Assembly: GCF_037042905.1 (NCBI RefSeq)
Contig: NC_087245.1
Coordinates: 4,280,001-4,344,000 of the forward strand
Length of the DNA stretch: 64,000 nt
Reading direction: 5' to 3'
Source of the DNA: Lytechinus pictus
Taxonomy: Eukaryota
This document shows, piece after piece, positions 1 to 15,400 of this stretch (the first letter of the stretch is position 1; every line of letters starts with the position of its first letter). A model generated the notes under the pieces. The model did no database searches. It saw only the letters and a list, made by a program, of their open reading frames with translations, and was not told the origin of the DNA. A program made the position numbers and the translations under genes.

Positions 1-350
1 ATGAATACAACATGAAAAGTGAAGGAATTTGGAACCAGCGAAAGGCAATCTTCCCAAGTGAGGTATTCACAAGACATAACAGAGAAGGATGCAATCGAGT
101 ATAGGGGGAGAAAGAATTTACCTTTAAAAAAGGAATGAAGTAAACAAAATTATGCAGATACCAGGTAAAACTAATGGTGAACAAGAGATAAACATGAAAG
201 TGATTTAACAGAAGAAATCCAACCAAAAAAGATGGGTAGTAGAAAAGGAAGAATATGGTGGCATTTTTAAAAACGCAGTACTGATCACAAAAGGAGAGAT
301 GAAAGCTGAAATATATTTCAAAATTGATCTCAACATTTGAAGTTACATAC

Positions 351-464
351 CGTTGTTTGCGTTTGCATGATACCTATATTGGCCAGATAATCCTCCATTG
401 CATTCTTACTTGAGATACCAGCTAGATTAGCCAGAGCCTCTGCTGCTTCTTTCTGTATGGAACT
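351..464 (-). CDS. WDR87-like exon 31 (SSIQKEAAEALANLAG...QTQTT)
   Basis: CAG acceptor, GTATGT donor, 38 codons; no stop, so the gene continues left of the window. Confidence 0.78.
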
Positions 465-3400
465 CTGAGTGTAAGCAATCAAAATAAGTCAGGTAAATTA
501 AAAACTCTGAAATTTGAAGCATTGCATCAACTGATAATTTCAAGCTGATAATAGCGATCAAAATATTGATAGCAAACAAATGATACTGTCCCCTATATAA
601 GAAATAATATTTCACTCTCCACTACAGGGCTTAAAATTTAGCAATGATTCAATTTTTTCATCTTTTTTTTTCTATATGAAAAAAATTACCTAAATTAATT
701 TTAGACTTGCCCCCCCCAAAAAAAAGCTTTCACACCCCGAACCTAAACAGAATTCATCATTAACATTCAAACTTCAATATTATCAAATACTTCTAAAAGT
801 ATAAAGGTGATCTCTGACCTCATTATCAGCCATAGCATTGAGGATACCCAGTATAACTGCTGGTCTGTTATCTCCAAGGCCCTTCAGAGTATGGATGGCA
901 CTTAAACGTCTTTCATTGCTGGAGCTTTTCAGGTCTCGTACATATCTCCTCACAAGAAAATCCAACATTGGTCCTCCAAAGTTCACAAGACTAGATGCAG
1001 CATGGAATTTAAGTCATAAAAAATCCAGTTGAAATCAATCCAAAAGTAAAACATGGCTTTGTGAACACTTGGTGAAGAGTTACCAGGTCAGTTCACCAGT
1101 TTATTTCCAATTCGTCTAATGCCAATTCGTCCAATTGCCAACCCGTCTATTATCATTTGGTCTACCATCAGTTCGTCTACTCACCACATGGTCTTCTTTC
1201 ATTTAGTCTAATGCCATTCCGTCTAATAACCAGTTGGTCCAATAGCCATTTAGTCTATATACCATTTTGTCTAATGGGACTACGTGTTAAATTGTGCAAA
1301 ATGAATGAAAATTAAATGGATATTAGACCAACTGGTTCTGAGACGAAATGGTCATAGATGAAATGGTGATTAGACTAAATGGTTGTTAGACGAAATGTTG
1401 ATGGATGGAATGGCATTAGACTAAATGAAGGTAGACCATGTGGTGAGTGGACGTATTGGCAATTTACCAGCTCACCTAGCCCACCATCATTTATCCTAAC
1501 TCATCTATCAAGCTCATTATTCTTCATGAAGTTCACCTTCAATTGTAATTCTGCAGTTCACACCATTTATTTTGTGTCTTGTACCTAAAGAAAGATTATG
1601 ATTTATAATCATCGCCAAAAAAAAAATTGAAATAGACTGCTCTAATTTACATGTATATTAGTTTTCACAGAAAAAGAGTCCTACTGCATTATCATCATAC
1701 ATGTAAATCCAGTCATATCATGTACATGTATGTTGTGGGATGGTACTGTAATACCATAACCTGAACACAATGACTATTTTGTATTCCTTTGGTAATGCTA
1801 AAAAGATATACCATTAATGATTCCCACCAGATTAAAAACAATTATTCTACCCACAGAATGATCATATGCAGGAAGCACTTTTTTTGTATCCCTTGGGTCG
1901 TCATTATCGTTGAGTTTCACTGTAGTTTGATTATTCTGAATCTAAACCAACTACGTAAACTTTATGAGGCATACTTAAGCTTACCCATTCAACTCAAGAA
2001 GTAAATCACATATAGACTTGTAGCGGTCACTAGATGATTCTTCCAACAGGGATACTAAATAAACGCAAAAAGAACAGTGAAAACAATCAAAACTCATTAA
2101 AAGCAGAATGAACTAAAACTGATCAAAAGCCAGGCTAATAGCTATTAATTCAGAATTCCAGGTTGATGGCAATATCAAATTGCTTACTATTGTTGTTATC
2201 ATAAATGAATATAACCACTCCATTTCTCTCCATATCATTCATGCAGACAATCAAACTGAACTAAGATGAGTTTTATCTCAGAGGAACTAAACAATATATA
2301 TATCACATTAATAATTACCAATATCAAAACTGCACAAAGAAAAGCCATACTGAAAGGAATATTTCATGAATGGTCATTATTTTCCTTACACAATGATGAA
2401 AACGATGCCAGAGTTAAGCAGAAAAAAAATCTAACTTTAGACCTCATTACTAAAACTGCTGTGCTATCTGCTATCTACCAATCCAGTTCTCCCAAACTAT
2501 TATCTTTCTATGACAACATCTGATCAAAAGGTAAAACTGATAGTATAGACCTATCACCTACATATATTCTTAACATCTTAATATACTCAAAGGCATATAT
2601 ACCACGTACCATATAGGTAGAAACTGTGCCTTATCTTAATCTTTTTGTTAAGACATTTAAAAAACAGTGTAATGTTATTATCACTTGAAGAGACCTTGTG
2701 TTTGATCACAGGGGGTCAAATGTCAATGAGGTATGTACACAATTATAAAACAATGATAAGAGATACCACATTGACATAATCTACATGCCATCCTCATCAT
2801 TCTTGCTCTAAACGATATGAATTATATCATTTTGCACCCCCCTGTCCTTTCCTCTCCTAGCCTAATTGAAGGCAAACATGAAACATAGTCTTGTTCATGA
2901 CCAACGAGGCAAAGGTTTATTTTCAATTGGTCTAAATGCCAATTCGTCCAATTGCCCGCTCATCTACCATCATTTGGTCTATCATCAGTTCGTCCACTAT
3001 CAACATGGTCTAACTGCCATTTCGTCCACCCACCATTTCGTCTAATAACCAGTTGGTCCAATTGCCATTTAGTCCATATACCATTTGGTCTAATTGGACT
3101 AAGTGTTAATTGAGCAAAATGAATGAAAATAAAATGGATATTAGACCAACTGGTTATGAGACGAAATGGTTATAGACGAACTGGTGATTAGACAAAGTGA
3201 TGATTGGACCAAATGGTTATTGGACTTGTTAGACGAAGTGTTTGATGGATAGAATGGCATTAGACTAAATGAAGTTAGACCATGTGGGGAATGGACAAGT
3301 TGGCAGTAGACAAATTGGCAATTTACCAAGGCAAATTCTACTTTCTTTGTAAAAATGGCATGGCAAGATATAAAAGTATCCTATGAGTGAGCAACAAAGC

Positions 3401-6400
3401 TAGGGGTTCACAGGGGGGGTTCAATTGCACCCATACAAAAAAAAAGCCTGAACTACTTATGATAATAAGTTATAATAACTTAAAGATCCAGACCGGACCC
3501 GAAAATGAAATTGATAAATTATATACCAATCGAAAGCTTATAAGCTACTAAATACACCAAGGTATGCTTTATGCATTTTCACCGCTTCCCAGCTGAGTAT
3601 TTTGCTTAAGAATATTCCAATTATCGGGTTTCGAACCCCGCTTAGAAAATAGGATTTATTGTGCTTTTCACCTGCCTCGAGACCGTGACGTCACGTTGTG
3701 TAAGAAGCGTCGTGATTCCATAGGTTTGTACACAGAAAAACTGGGTGATTTTTTTGCTTTCCAGATAACGGATTTCATTCTCTTCACTTCTATCACAGAG
3801 GGATATCACATATATTTTTACCCACAAGCTTGAATTTATGAAATCTGCAGTTTTGAACTAGTTTTTGCCATATTTTATTTCCTGCTTATTTGGCGCAGAT
3901 TTCAATTCTATCTGCATTTAGATTATGTATAACAACTTTTCCTGACATAGCAATTTAGGCCCAATAAGAGCCAAACAAAGAAATCACAAAAAAGGTAGTG
4001 AATAGTTGTAGGTTTACAACAACTTGAACAGTGAATAATTTTGAGTGCCATTTTCATCTGAAAACGAAAAAAAAAATGGATTCATAACATGGAAATGGAA
4101 GAAAATACCCAATGCTTTTGTACACAAACCTATCGAATCACAACCCTCCTGACACAACGTGACGTCATCATTTCCAGGCGACGTGGGGGTGCTCAATCGA
4201 AGCGTACTTTGGAGGAGCAGTTTCTTTGATTCTTATTTAATATTTTTAACTATTGGAAGGAGATATATGTAATATTTTTGGTATATTCGTATGTATGAAT
4301 CATTACCTTTATTTTGATATATGATTGTTTTTACACCGGTCAGGGTCTTTAACCTAATAATAATAATAATAACCTAATAACTTATTCTACCTATCTCATT
4401 GTACAGTGATTACATACATGCATTGTTGCATACTCACAAACATATAATTGTTATGCTGTATAACTCACAGAGTGTTTTGACTGTGGTGTATACATCCATT
4501 TTGAGTCCCTTAGGATACCAGTAGTTATCACTGATCTTTTGAAGGAGTAAATCTAACGGATCTTTCTCACTTTCATCCTCCTCTGCTTCCTCAATCTCTT
4601 CTTCATCTTGACTGATACCTGCCAATGTACCACGCTGCCACAAAAAATGAATCAGGTTGTGAAGACAATTATGATTTTTTTTCTAATCTTTAAAATAATA
4701 CACACATTTTATTTTCTAGTATTAATATTAAAAGTGATATTCACTATTACAGAGAGCCATCAATCTTGCTATGTTCATGATTGCTTCACTTCAATCTTAT
4801 TTTCATCACTTATTATATTGGATATATGCCCATATTGTTTCTATATTGCCTAATTATATTGATGCATCAATGTTCTTCTATGTATAATTACTTTCATGAT
4901 GTGTTAATATATTATATGTACGTACACAAGAATTTCCACAAACGGGATGATACGAACTACAATTAAAGGGAAGTTCACGAAGACAAAAAGTTTATTGCAA
5001 AAAAAAACAGAAAAATAATGAAAAATATTGCCAAAGGTTTGACAAAATCCATCAAAGAATAAAAAAGTGATTTGTGACGTCATAAGCGAGCAGCTTTCCT
5101 ACATATTGAATGGTAAAAAGATCAATGAAATGTCATTTTCTCAGGAAATTCAAAATGTTCTTCCTGTACATTCAGTAGTATATCAATACACAAATCATTT
5201 TACAACCGTTCCTAAATAGAAAAAAAATAAGGCACCACGAACCATTAAAAATTGAAATCTATGCATTTTTTTATTACATAACATATGGGGCAGCTGCTTG
5301 TTTATGACTATCCAAAACTTAAAATTCTAATAACCTTAATCTTTAAAGGTCAAGTCCACCCCAGCAAAATATTGATTTGAATAAATAGAGAAAAATCAAT
5401 TTAGCTTAATGCTGAAAATTTCATCAAAATCGAATGTAAAATAAAAAAAGTTATGACATTTCAAAGTTTCACTTATTTTTCACAAAACAGTTACATGTAC
5501 AACTCAGTGACATGCAAATGAGACAGTCGATGATGTCCCTCACTCACTTTTTCTTTTGTTTTTTTATTGCTTGAATTATACAATATTTCATTTTTAACAG
5601 ATCTGAAAACAAGGGCCAACTTGAACAAACTGTAGTGTATTTAAACAATGCTTATTCCAGGTGTTCAGGGAGAAATTTATCTTTGTTTCACTTGACAATG
5701 AGGAGAACATTAGAATATTTCATACAATAAAATACAAAAGAAAAAGTGAGTGCATGAGGTCTTGAGTCTCCTCATTTGCATACCAACTCATGTGCATATA
5801 ACTGTTTTGTGAAATCAAGCGAAACTTTAAAATGTCATAACTTTATTTTACATCCAAATTAGATGAAATTTTCAGTGTTATGCTCGTTAGATTTTTCTCT
5901 TTTCATTCGAATCAACTTTTTGTTGGGGTGGAATTGTCCTTTAATGGATTTTCCTCAAACCTTCACCAAACCTTCATCATTCAAAAAAATAATTTTTCTG
6001 CTATTTTTACAACAAACTTTTCTTCAGGGTGAACTTCCCCTTTTATAGACCTATTCTACAATCAAATGAAAACAAATTATAAACTGATTTTTTTTTTGAA
6101 AGACACAACTGGTATCACACTGATTATTATCTCCATAAGTTCATTTTTGCAACAACAAAAAAACAGAAAATTTGTGAAAGCCTGCAGTCTATGAAAAGAA
6201 TGATATATCATTTGGTACCGCAAATCCTTCTCACAACATAATTCATGAAAGATGTATGACAACAATTCCAAATAATTAGCTCATTTGCTTATTCTTTGCT
6301 GATCTATCGTCTACATCATTTCTACCATATTATCAAACAAACATGATTCAAATTCAAATTCTTCTTCAATTTCATTTGGCTAATAGTTCTGTGACTAATC

Positions 6401-9400
6401 TTCATAAAGTATATGAAAGAATTTGCATAAGTTGATATAAACTATTTTAGTATTATTTACCCTTTTATATTTTTTGTGAGATCCTGCTTCCTTGTTGATA
6501 CCTCTTCCTGTCCGCTTGGTCTTCTTGGTCGACACCTTGCAATGAGATAACAATCCTCAAAAATCAATTAGGATCTTCTAAATTTTATTCATTTCTAGAT
6601 CATATTGCAAACACACAACATATCAATGCTTATTAATGTGATATTCATATTTGCATTAATTTATATTACATCAGAAGAGATAGTATTCAGACAACCTATA
6701 GCCTTAAAGCAGATAATTAAAGGCCTTATTTTATTAATATAGCATTAAATTATTAATTATTCAATTTGTGACTATCTATAGGCCACAAAAGAAGAGATAC
6801 AGAGATGACAGCGTGGACATAAAAAGTGCTAGTTAAAAATGAATTATAATTTGGATTCTTGATGAATGTTTCTACAAGGCGACATGACATTTGTTCCTGC
6901 GACAATTGCTCCGGTCTTAATATCTAAGAGGGCACAGGTTTAGAATGAAGACTGTAATAGAGTTTTTGGTTTAGAAAAATGTAAAAGTAAGGATTAGGGT
7001 TTATTTTGTTTTAGAGGTTAGATTTTATGCTTGGCTTAATATACAGATTTTCCATCATAGCAAATGTCACAGAAGCTTCTACACTGAATAAATCAAATGA
7101 AGTCATATTAACTTACTGTTTTTCCTCTCTCTTCACTAAACCCAGGGTGGCTCAAGACCAGCTTCCCAACCACCTCTGAAAAAATAATGAAAATATTTTT
7201 AAAGAATAACAATGATAATAAACAGTAAAATATGCAGTAGATGGTGTGTCTCTTGTTAAGGCTTTCTCCTTAGGGGTAAAAATAAACTCTTTAAATCTAA
7301 AATCAGATTTGAAGCAGGTGCAATGACATACATACATGTATACAATTTTTATATAAACAGTGCGATTGCAACAATTGCCACAGAGAATAAGTAGATTACT
7401 GACAGCTCTAACTAACAGTTGCTACACAAAGAATCTCAATCAAAGTGGTGTGCAGCAGCTCAGATAAACTAAAAGCAAGCATTTACAGATTCATAAGAAA
7501 CACTTCTGACATAACATGAAGATTGAAGTGAATTCTGATGGGAAAGAAAGAAATACATATTTCATGATGAAGCAACTTTAATAGAAATATCTAAAAAAAG
7601 AAAAGAAGATTGTATTACTGCACCGTTCTCTGGCAGTTTTAGAAAAATCAAACTATTAATCAGGGTTGCCAGCAAGATGAGAATACACCATATATGTATA
7701 ACATGATCCAATTAAAGATATATATTAACAAATAAATCTCTATGTACATGTATGTTATGCCTTATTTCTACAATCGTGCAATCCACTATGAATGCCACAA
7801 CTGGCTTTTCGTAGATTGTGAAAAAAATTTAGGCTATCCAAAATTTGTCTACAATCAATACCACTGCCAAGATCATGATCTGATTTGATCTGATAAGATG
7901 ACTATATTAACTCCAAAACTATTTAAAGACCATGGTTTCAATTGTGACGCAATTCATGACAGTGGGAACTAGTACGTATCAGTAAGAAATGTTCAGAGGA
8001 CACAGACCGGTTGCACAAAACATGCATTTGAATGCAACTTTGTTAAAATCAAATAAAAATCATCAAAGCATACTTCTGATTGGCATGAGAATCGGTTGGC
8101 ATATGATTTTCATGATTTATATTCAAATACATATGTAATGCAGCAGGCTTTCAAAAGCTTTAAATCATCAAGTATTTTGTTTCCGGAAACCTAGACTTAC
8201 TTAGGCTCAGCCTCCTTTTATTTTTGCTACCTTCTATAGTTTCTTCTGTCTCACCATCCGTACGGAATCTTGATTTGAATGGTTGATAGAGGGCTTGCTC
8301 AGTAGGAGGGCTAGGAGAAGTCACCGGGGTGACCTCATGTCTACTGCTCTCCTCTGAAGAAGCCCATGTATAAGGTTCATGGTCCTCCTGCAAACATCAA
8401 ATAATCCTAATAAATATGCAATTTTTTCATAAATGACCAGCTGAGAAGTTATTACTACATGATTTATATTTATTAGTAGGCACAGCATGCATGCATTTGT
8501 ATGCTGAATCCGTAATGACATGGTTGTATATAATGGTAAGTCCACAGAATATTTATGTCCAAGCCCCCCCCCCCCCTCTATTGTGGGGCCTTCCTGAATG
8601 ATTTCTGTTTTTCTAGTTCATATTGAGGTTTCATTGTTCACGAATTATAATAGCTTGAGCAGCTGATGAGGTGAATCAAGAATGGAGGGATATTGGAAGT
8701 TGGACTTACAAAAAGGTTGAATATTTCATGGAGTTGGCAATTAGTTGAAACAGGAGTACCATTTTATACAAGCGGTGGACTACACCAGAACAAAAAAAGA
8801 AGAAAAGGATACCATTTTCAAAACTTTTTCATAAATTGATATCATTTTTCTATGTTCACAGTCTTAAATTAAAGACTGCAAACAGATAGTTTTCTAACTT
8901 TTTTGTAACTGCAATGTAATAGATTAAAAAAAAACAGAAAACTTACATATTCTACATCAGACTGATCACCTTCAACAAAGTGTACACGGCCTTCGGGGAC
9001 CTACATTATCAACATGAAAGGAATAACATTACAACAATTTTACAAATCATAAAATGGTGATATAGAACTTAATCAAATGACTGAACTCTATCCTGTAACC
9101 AGTAATTTATTTTACCTTATAAGAAAATTTGACAGGTCATAATGAAAAGTTCCATTAACCAATCATGGTTTTAAGATGAAGATTGTTTATCAGATAACAA
9201 GCTAGGATCCACATCACTATATTATAAAACATACAATACAAATCAGTTTGCAAGGGCATTAGAACGAACACACACTTGTTAACTTTGAACAACAAAGCCC
9301 AAAGGTACTGCATGCATGCAATCCTTCATAATGCCATCGGATATGTACTATTTGTATACTGGTTGAAAATAAAATGCAAAAAAGATGTATCAATGAATGA

Positions 9401-12400
9401 CTATCGAAAACAGGAACATTGCTAAGATTTTTTTTGCCATATAAAAAGATGAATTTAGGCCTGAAAACAGACAGCAACTTGACAAGCAAATATATTTTAG
9501 GCCAAATGGTTGTATCACTAATCATTATGTTGTTTATTTGGCCCATAAAATATGATAATTCAACTCAGAAAAAATAATCTAAAAAACAGTATACTTTCAG
9601 TGATATAAAAAGGATTTTAAAAGGATATTTCTTGAAAAATTCAAATGAAATAAATTAGTGAAATACAAAAAAAAGAGAGTGTAGCATCAGTGATCTAAAA
9701 GGAAAAATTATAAGTTATTTTGAGACATCAAACAGGTGAAATAAGTAACTGAATAACAGAAAAGTATAGGTTATGTAATAGATGAAGAATTGTTACTTAC
9801 ATCTTTGAGCTTCCATTCCTTTGGTGAGGATGGAGGTGGAGGGGGTGGAGGAGGCTGCACTATCTTCCTAATAACAGAGTTTGGTATGTAACCTTAACAG
9901 GAAATAAGAACATTAATGATATGAACAAATAGGAATGTTCATGGAAAATTTGAGAAAGAATAGTATCTTTATACATTTTATGAAAAAACATACTGTATTT
10001 CACAGAAAAAGTCATCAGGACAAAGCAATCCAATGCATTTGTACACATCTTGTGAAAATGTACCTCGTGGAAAAAGCACTATACCAATACAAACTGTTAT
10101 TATTATTAAGATGATGACACTAATAATAATTATAATAGTAACATTTACAATACACTTTATACACATGATTCAAAGCTTCTACTTAGAACAGTAAAAGAAC
10201 TTTATAAAAACAAAAAGATAGACTAGTTTTCTTTTCAAAATCATAGGAGTGTTTCATAAGGCATATTGTCAGTAATTTTCACTAATTTGCTGCGAGCCAG
10301 TCAGGGGCCCGTAACACAAAGCTTAGCAATCATCGTAGAACATAAATCAAGCGTACGATCAATCGCTTACCTTTGTGTTACGGGACCCAGATGTAAGGAT
10401 TTTGGTAGCTTTTAACAATAGCCAGTGAAATATTCTAACTATGTAATACATACCATCAGGAGCAATGGGTAGCTTGATCTTAGGTTCTTCCACCAACCCT
10501 TGCATCATCTCATCAACTGTTTCATCTGTTGGTTCTTCCTTTGATGATATCCCTTCGGTCTTTTCTCCTTCCTCCACGTCCTTTCCTTCACTTATCTCCA
10601 TGGCAACATCATGATCCACCTTCAATTTGTTTGTCTTTACTTTGTCATCTTTGATTGGCTGGTGTGGGACATCCATTTTGGCCTGCTTCAAAGATTTACT
10701 AATCTTGCTGGATTCATCTGTTCAATGGAAGAAACATCAAGAGTGATAACTATACAATGAAATGAAAAAGTTTTAAAATATGATAATTTTAAATTCTCAT
10801 CATAAGTACCAGTACTCAAATCCTCATAGCAAGAAGCTTTAACAAATAAATACACTATCTATTTTTCTGTGATTCATTTCTAGCACAAGATTTTCTCTGG
10901 ATTGGAACTGCTTTCAAATTGGAAGTTTAATTTTCTTGAATAAACTTGAATGAACATTAGTGAAGGTCATATACACTGTATGATCCCTACATCTAATATA
11001 TGAAATTTAAATAATGAACCTTGCATTGTATCATATCCCACCATGATAATGATCAACTATTGATTTGAAGAAATGTTTATTTCCTTCATACCCAGCTTAT
11101 TTAGTTAAATTATTTTATCATCTGTCAAGCTTGTTTGATATATAATGGAGTAGATGCACCAAAATGATAAACATACATTGCTATTTCTTCTGTTTTTATC
11201 TTTTTTTTTAAAGCTCATCCACCATCTTTCATCGTTTCCATGTTCTCTGTAATCATACAAAAACTAACCTGATATTGATAGAGCCTGGTCACCATTGCCA
11301 TGGCAACTCACTGATCCATCAATCTGTCTGGATTTGATTTTCTTGGGTTGGGTAGGTGCTGTCTTTTTACTTTCTGCTGTCACTAGATATATACAGTGAT
11401 AAAAGATGATTTTTAACAATTAGAAACATAAAATGAATAAACCTATAATATCAATTTACAAATGTAAATGTATGCATTGTTGAGTGCATTGTTGTTTATG
11501 CACCATTATCAGAACTCACAAAGGGAAGGAATAATTACAAAAAACACACATAACTGGAACATTTGACATATTCTTTTGCAAATTTTATCAGACCATTTTC
11601 AATATTACTTTCATGAACTGGAAAAAATCCAGAAATGGGATTCATTTTAATTTGAGAGATAAAGTTTTGATGACATGTATGTTTTTAAGTACCCACCTCT
11701 TTTCTCTGCCAGCTGGATGACACTCTCTTCTATAACCTTGAAAATACTTTCTGAATCTACTAGTATCTCAATACTACTTTGGGCATCCTCTTTAGCCTTC
11801 CCCTTCTCCTCTATCTGGGATGCAGCCTCTCCTAAGATTTGCTTTCTCAGCTGAGGTAGCTTCTTTCTAACATGTTGCCTCATCAAAAGATCAGTGGGAA
11901 ATGTTGGAATAGTTTTCAAGTTGAACCTGACCAAATCAATTGAAAGAAATAAGGACAGTGGATGTTGTATTCTGAAATGGTAAAAAGCTTTGTTTAGAAT
12001 TTGGACATGGGAGATTTGAATCTTACAATAGCTAATTTACAATACAATTTAAGTGAACTGTTTACACCTAATATCGTCCTTTGAAAACTTAGATACTGAT
12101 CTGAGGTGAGTATTGTCTGACGTAGTATCATTGTAAGAGGGACTACTTTGATTCTTAACAATGCATTCTGCTTTGAGTACATGATGAGTGTGATTTTACT
12201 ATGTCCCTTCTCTAAAGTTTATCAGTTAAGAATCAGTGATTCAGTGATTTCCAAAAATATGTCTTGCTAATCATTTTCAATATGATTCACATGTATTTGC
12301 AGACTCACAATCAAACTCAATTATTTACCATTCCTAATTATTCCTTCCTGTGTTTTAAATTGAGTGATTCATGACAGAGCAGTCAAATTCTTGTAGCTCA

Positions 12401-15400
12401 GTATATTTTCATCAAATTTTGAGATGTTTGTGAATAACTTGCCTATGGTAACATATGATAATGATTGTACACTCACCATAGAGGAAGATCAGGATTAAAC
12501 TGGAAAGGTTCTTCTACTCTTTCATCTTCAAACTCTATCTCAACCAGCAGCTCCATGAAAGATAAAGGAAGGTATGAAGATATACTCACATGACTGAAAA
12601 AAAGATAACAAAATAAGAGTTTAAAGGGAAGAATAAGCTGTTTTAAAAACAAAGCGATACTAACACCAATGACCAGAAATAGACATGGAAAGCAATGCCA
12701 AGTCCCAACATTTCAACGCAAGTCCCATTTCAACTTCTGACACTGATGGCTTCACTGACTTTGCTTGTTCAATATAGTTTATATATTTTACTTTTGCATT
12801 TTTTGTTATACATCTGTTGAGAGTGCCACATAGGGCATGGTTGCCTTCTTCTTTATAACAACCATCTGCCCCCACAGGCCACTTGTCAATGTTGTAGGAC
12901 TCGATGAGTCCAAGACCAGACTCGAGTCCTTTAACACTGGATGATAATGAGATTCATATCGTTAGCATTCAGTGATACAATATTGCTTTGTATCTCTACA
13001 CATATACCCTAAATGAATAATCAAGCTCCCCCCCTGAAAAAAAATATATTACTAAAAAGTTGCTCATATTCTCACTACCCCTCCACATATCTGAATCTGG
13101 TTATATTCATTCTTGTCTGGAGAGATTCCTCCTTTGTTGTTAATCACCTTTACTTCTTTTCTCTATGATCACACAATAAAATACAACTTTAGCGATCGGG
13201 CAAGAATTAGCAAAATGTCCAACAATCAGTCCCGAGAACGAATGAACTGTGCAACTGTTCTTCTCTAGAACCTAGTGGCTAAAACAGTCTATGAAGCCTC
13301 AATAGTGATAGCTGCCTAAACTATGGACCCATTTATGGAAGTTTACAATCCTCATTAATTGATACACGTTTACTTTGAATTCTACAAGGAACTTCACAGG
13401 ACAGGGTCTTTCAGGGGAATTCTTTATGACAGATCAAACACAATTTGTAGGATGAGTTTAGTCGCTTATCTCATTGATTGTATTTGCATTACCACCTACT
13501 GATTGGTTATTTACATATCATCAAATGTCCATATCCGGGGTTATTTAGACTATTCCTTGGAAAACTTTGATTTAAATGATTGGTTTATAGTGGTAACCGA
13601 TTCTTATCAAGTTTAATAATAATCATATTTGCTTATTATAGTTTCCTGCCATTTCATCATCTGTCTTACCTGTGTTTATTACTCATTATTTTCTTGATTA
13701 ACAGTCTGAAACACACTTCTGATAATATCTCACATCATACTAATTAGTCTCTATTTATAGGGATTTCAATCCTTGTAAGACAACATTTTTCATATTTTGA
13801 AATGATGAAACTTACATTATAAATAATTCTTTATAGGTTTTAGTCAAATTTCGACTAATAGACTAAACATCTCATGATTGAGACTAATCATTGCAATTAT
13901 TGTTATGATTTATTGAATGAAAATGTTACTGTTCTACTGGACAAGACATAATTTTCTCATACAAAACAAATCTTCCATCTATTGTTTTAATTTTTGATGC
14001 CATGCTGCATGCATAAAATTTTGAAGAAGTAAAATTAATTCAAAGACAGCAAATAAACTGTGTGATTTATAACCAGGCTAAAAAGTTCTACAATAACTGG
14101 ATGTATTAACAAGGCAAACGCCAAGCGTTGTCTCGCCTGCATATTGCAGTCATGAAGAGACTGCATGTCAAAACTATGCTATATGACTTAGATGGACCTC
14201 TGTTACGAGTTTGGCGATCCCACCTCAAAGCTATAGAAAGTTATTGTGTGTACAACACAGCACAGTGCCAGTCATGGAAAGTTCATTGACCTTTGACCTT
14301 AATCAAATTCAACTCACATTTGAACTTGACCTGCATGCACCTTCAAAAGATGGACCTCTTGTATGAATTTGGCAAACCTACCTCGAAGATATAGAAAGTT
14401 ATTGTGTAGCACAGTGCCAGTCATGGAAAGTTCATTGACCTTTGACCTTATTCAAATTCGGCTCACATTTGAACTTGACCTGCACCTTCAAGAGATGGAC
14501 CTCTGTTATGAATTTGGCGATCTCACCTCGAAGCTATAGAAAGTTATTGTGTGTACAACACAGCACAGTGCCAGTCATGGAAAGTTCATTGACCTTTGAC
14601 CTTATTCAAATTCGACTCATATTCGAACTTGACCTGTACATTCAAGAGATGGACCTCTGTTATGAATTTGGCGATCTCACCTCGAAGCTATAGAAAGTTA
14701 TTGTGTGTACAACACAGCACAGTGCCAGTCATGGAAAGTTCATTGACCTTTGACCTTATTCAAATTCGACTCATATTCGAACTTGACCTGTCCCTTCAGG
14801 AGATGGACCTCTGGTATGAATTTTGTGATCCCACCTCGAAGATATAGAAAGTTATTATGTGTACAACACAGCACAGTGCCAGTCATGGAAAGTTCATTGA
14901 CCTTTGACCTTATTCAAATTCGACTCATATTCGAACTTGACCTGTGCCTTCAGGAGATGGACCTCTGGTATGAATTTGGTGATCCCAACTCGAAGATATA
15001 GAAAGTTATTATGTGTACAACACAGCACAGTGCCAGTCATGGAAAGTTCATTGACCTTTGACCTTATTCAAATTCGACTCATATTCAAACTAGACCTGTG
15101 CCTTCAGGAGATGGACCTCTGGTATGAATTTGGTGATCCCACCTCGAAGCTATAGAAAGTTATTGGGTGTACAACACAATTGTTGACGACGACGACGCCG
15201 ACACTGGAAATAGTGATACCTATGTCTCGCTCGGCTACGCAGGCGAGACAAAAACAGGGTGAAATTTCATTTTGCAAAACTGGATCTAGATATAAAATTT
15301 CTGCAAAATCAAACAAGTCTCTTGCTAATAAAAAATTGTATTGAGGGATCTAGAAATGAATGTAATGGACTGTATTAAGATGCTATGTCAGACTTACCTT

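Noticed and set aside
14190..15178. Regular repeats as a CRISPR array or four repeated 83-aa ORFs
   Set aside because: Units are contiguous near-identical 154-mers with no unique spacers and no cas genes; the unit length is not a multiple of 3; eukaryotic intron
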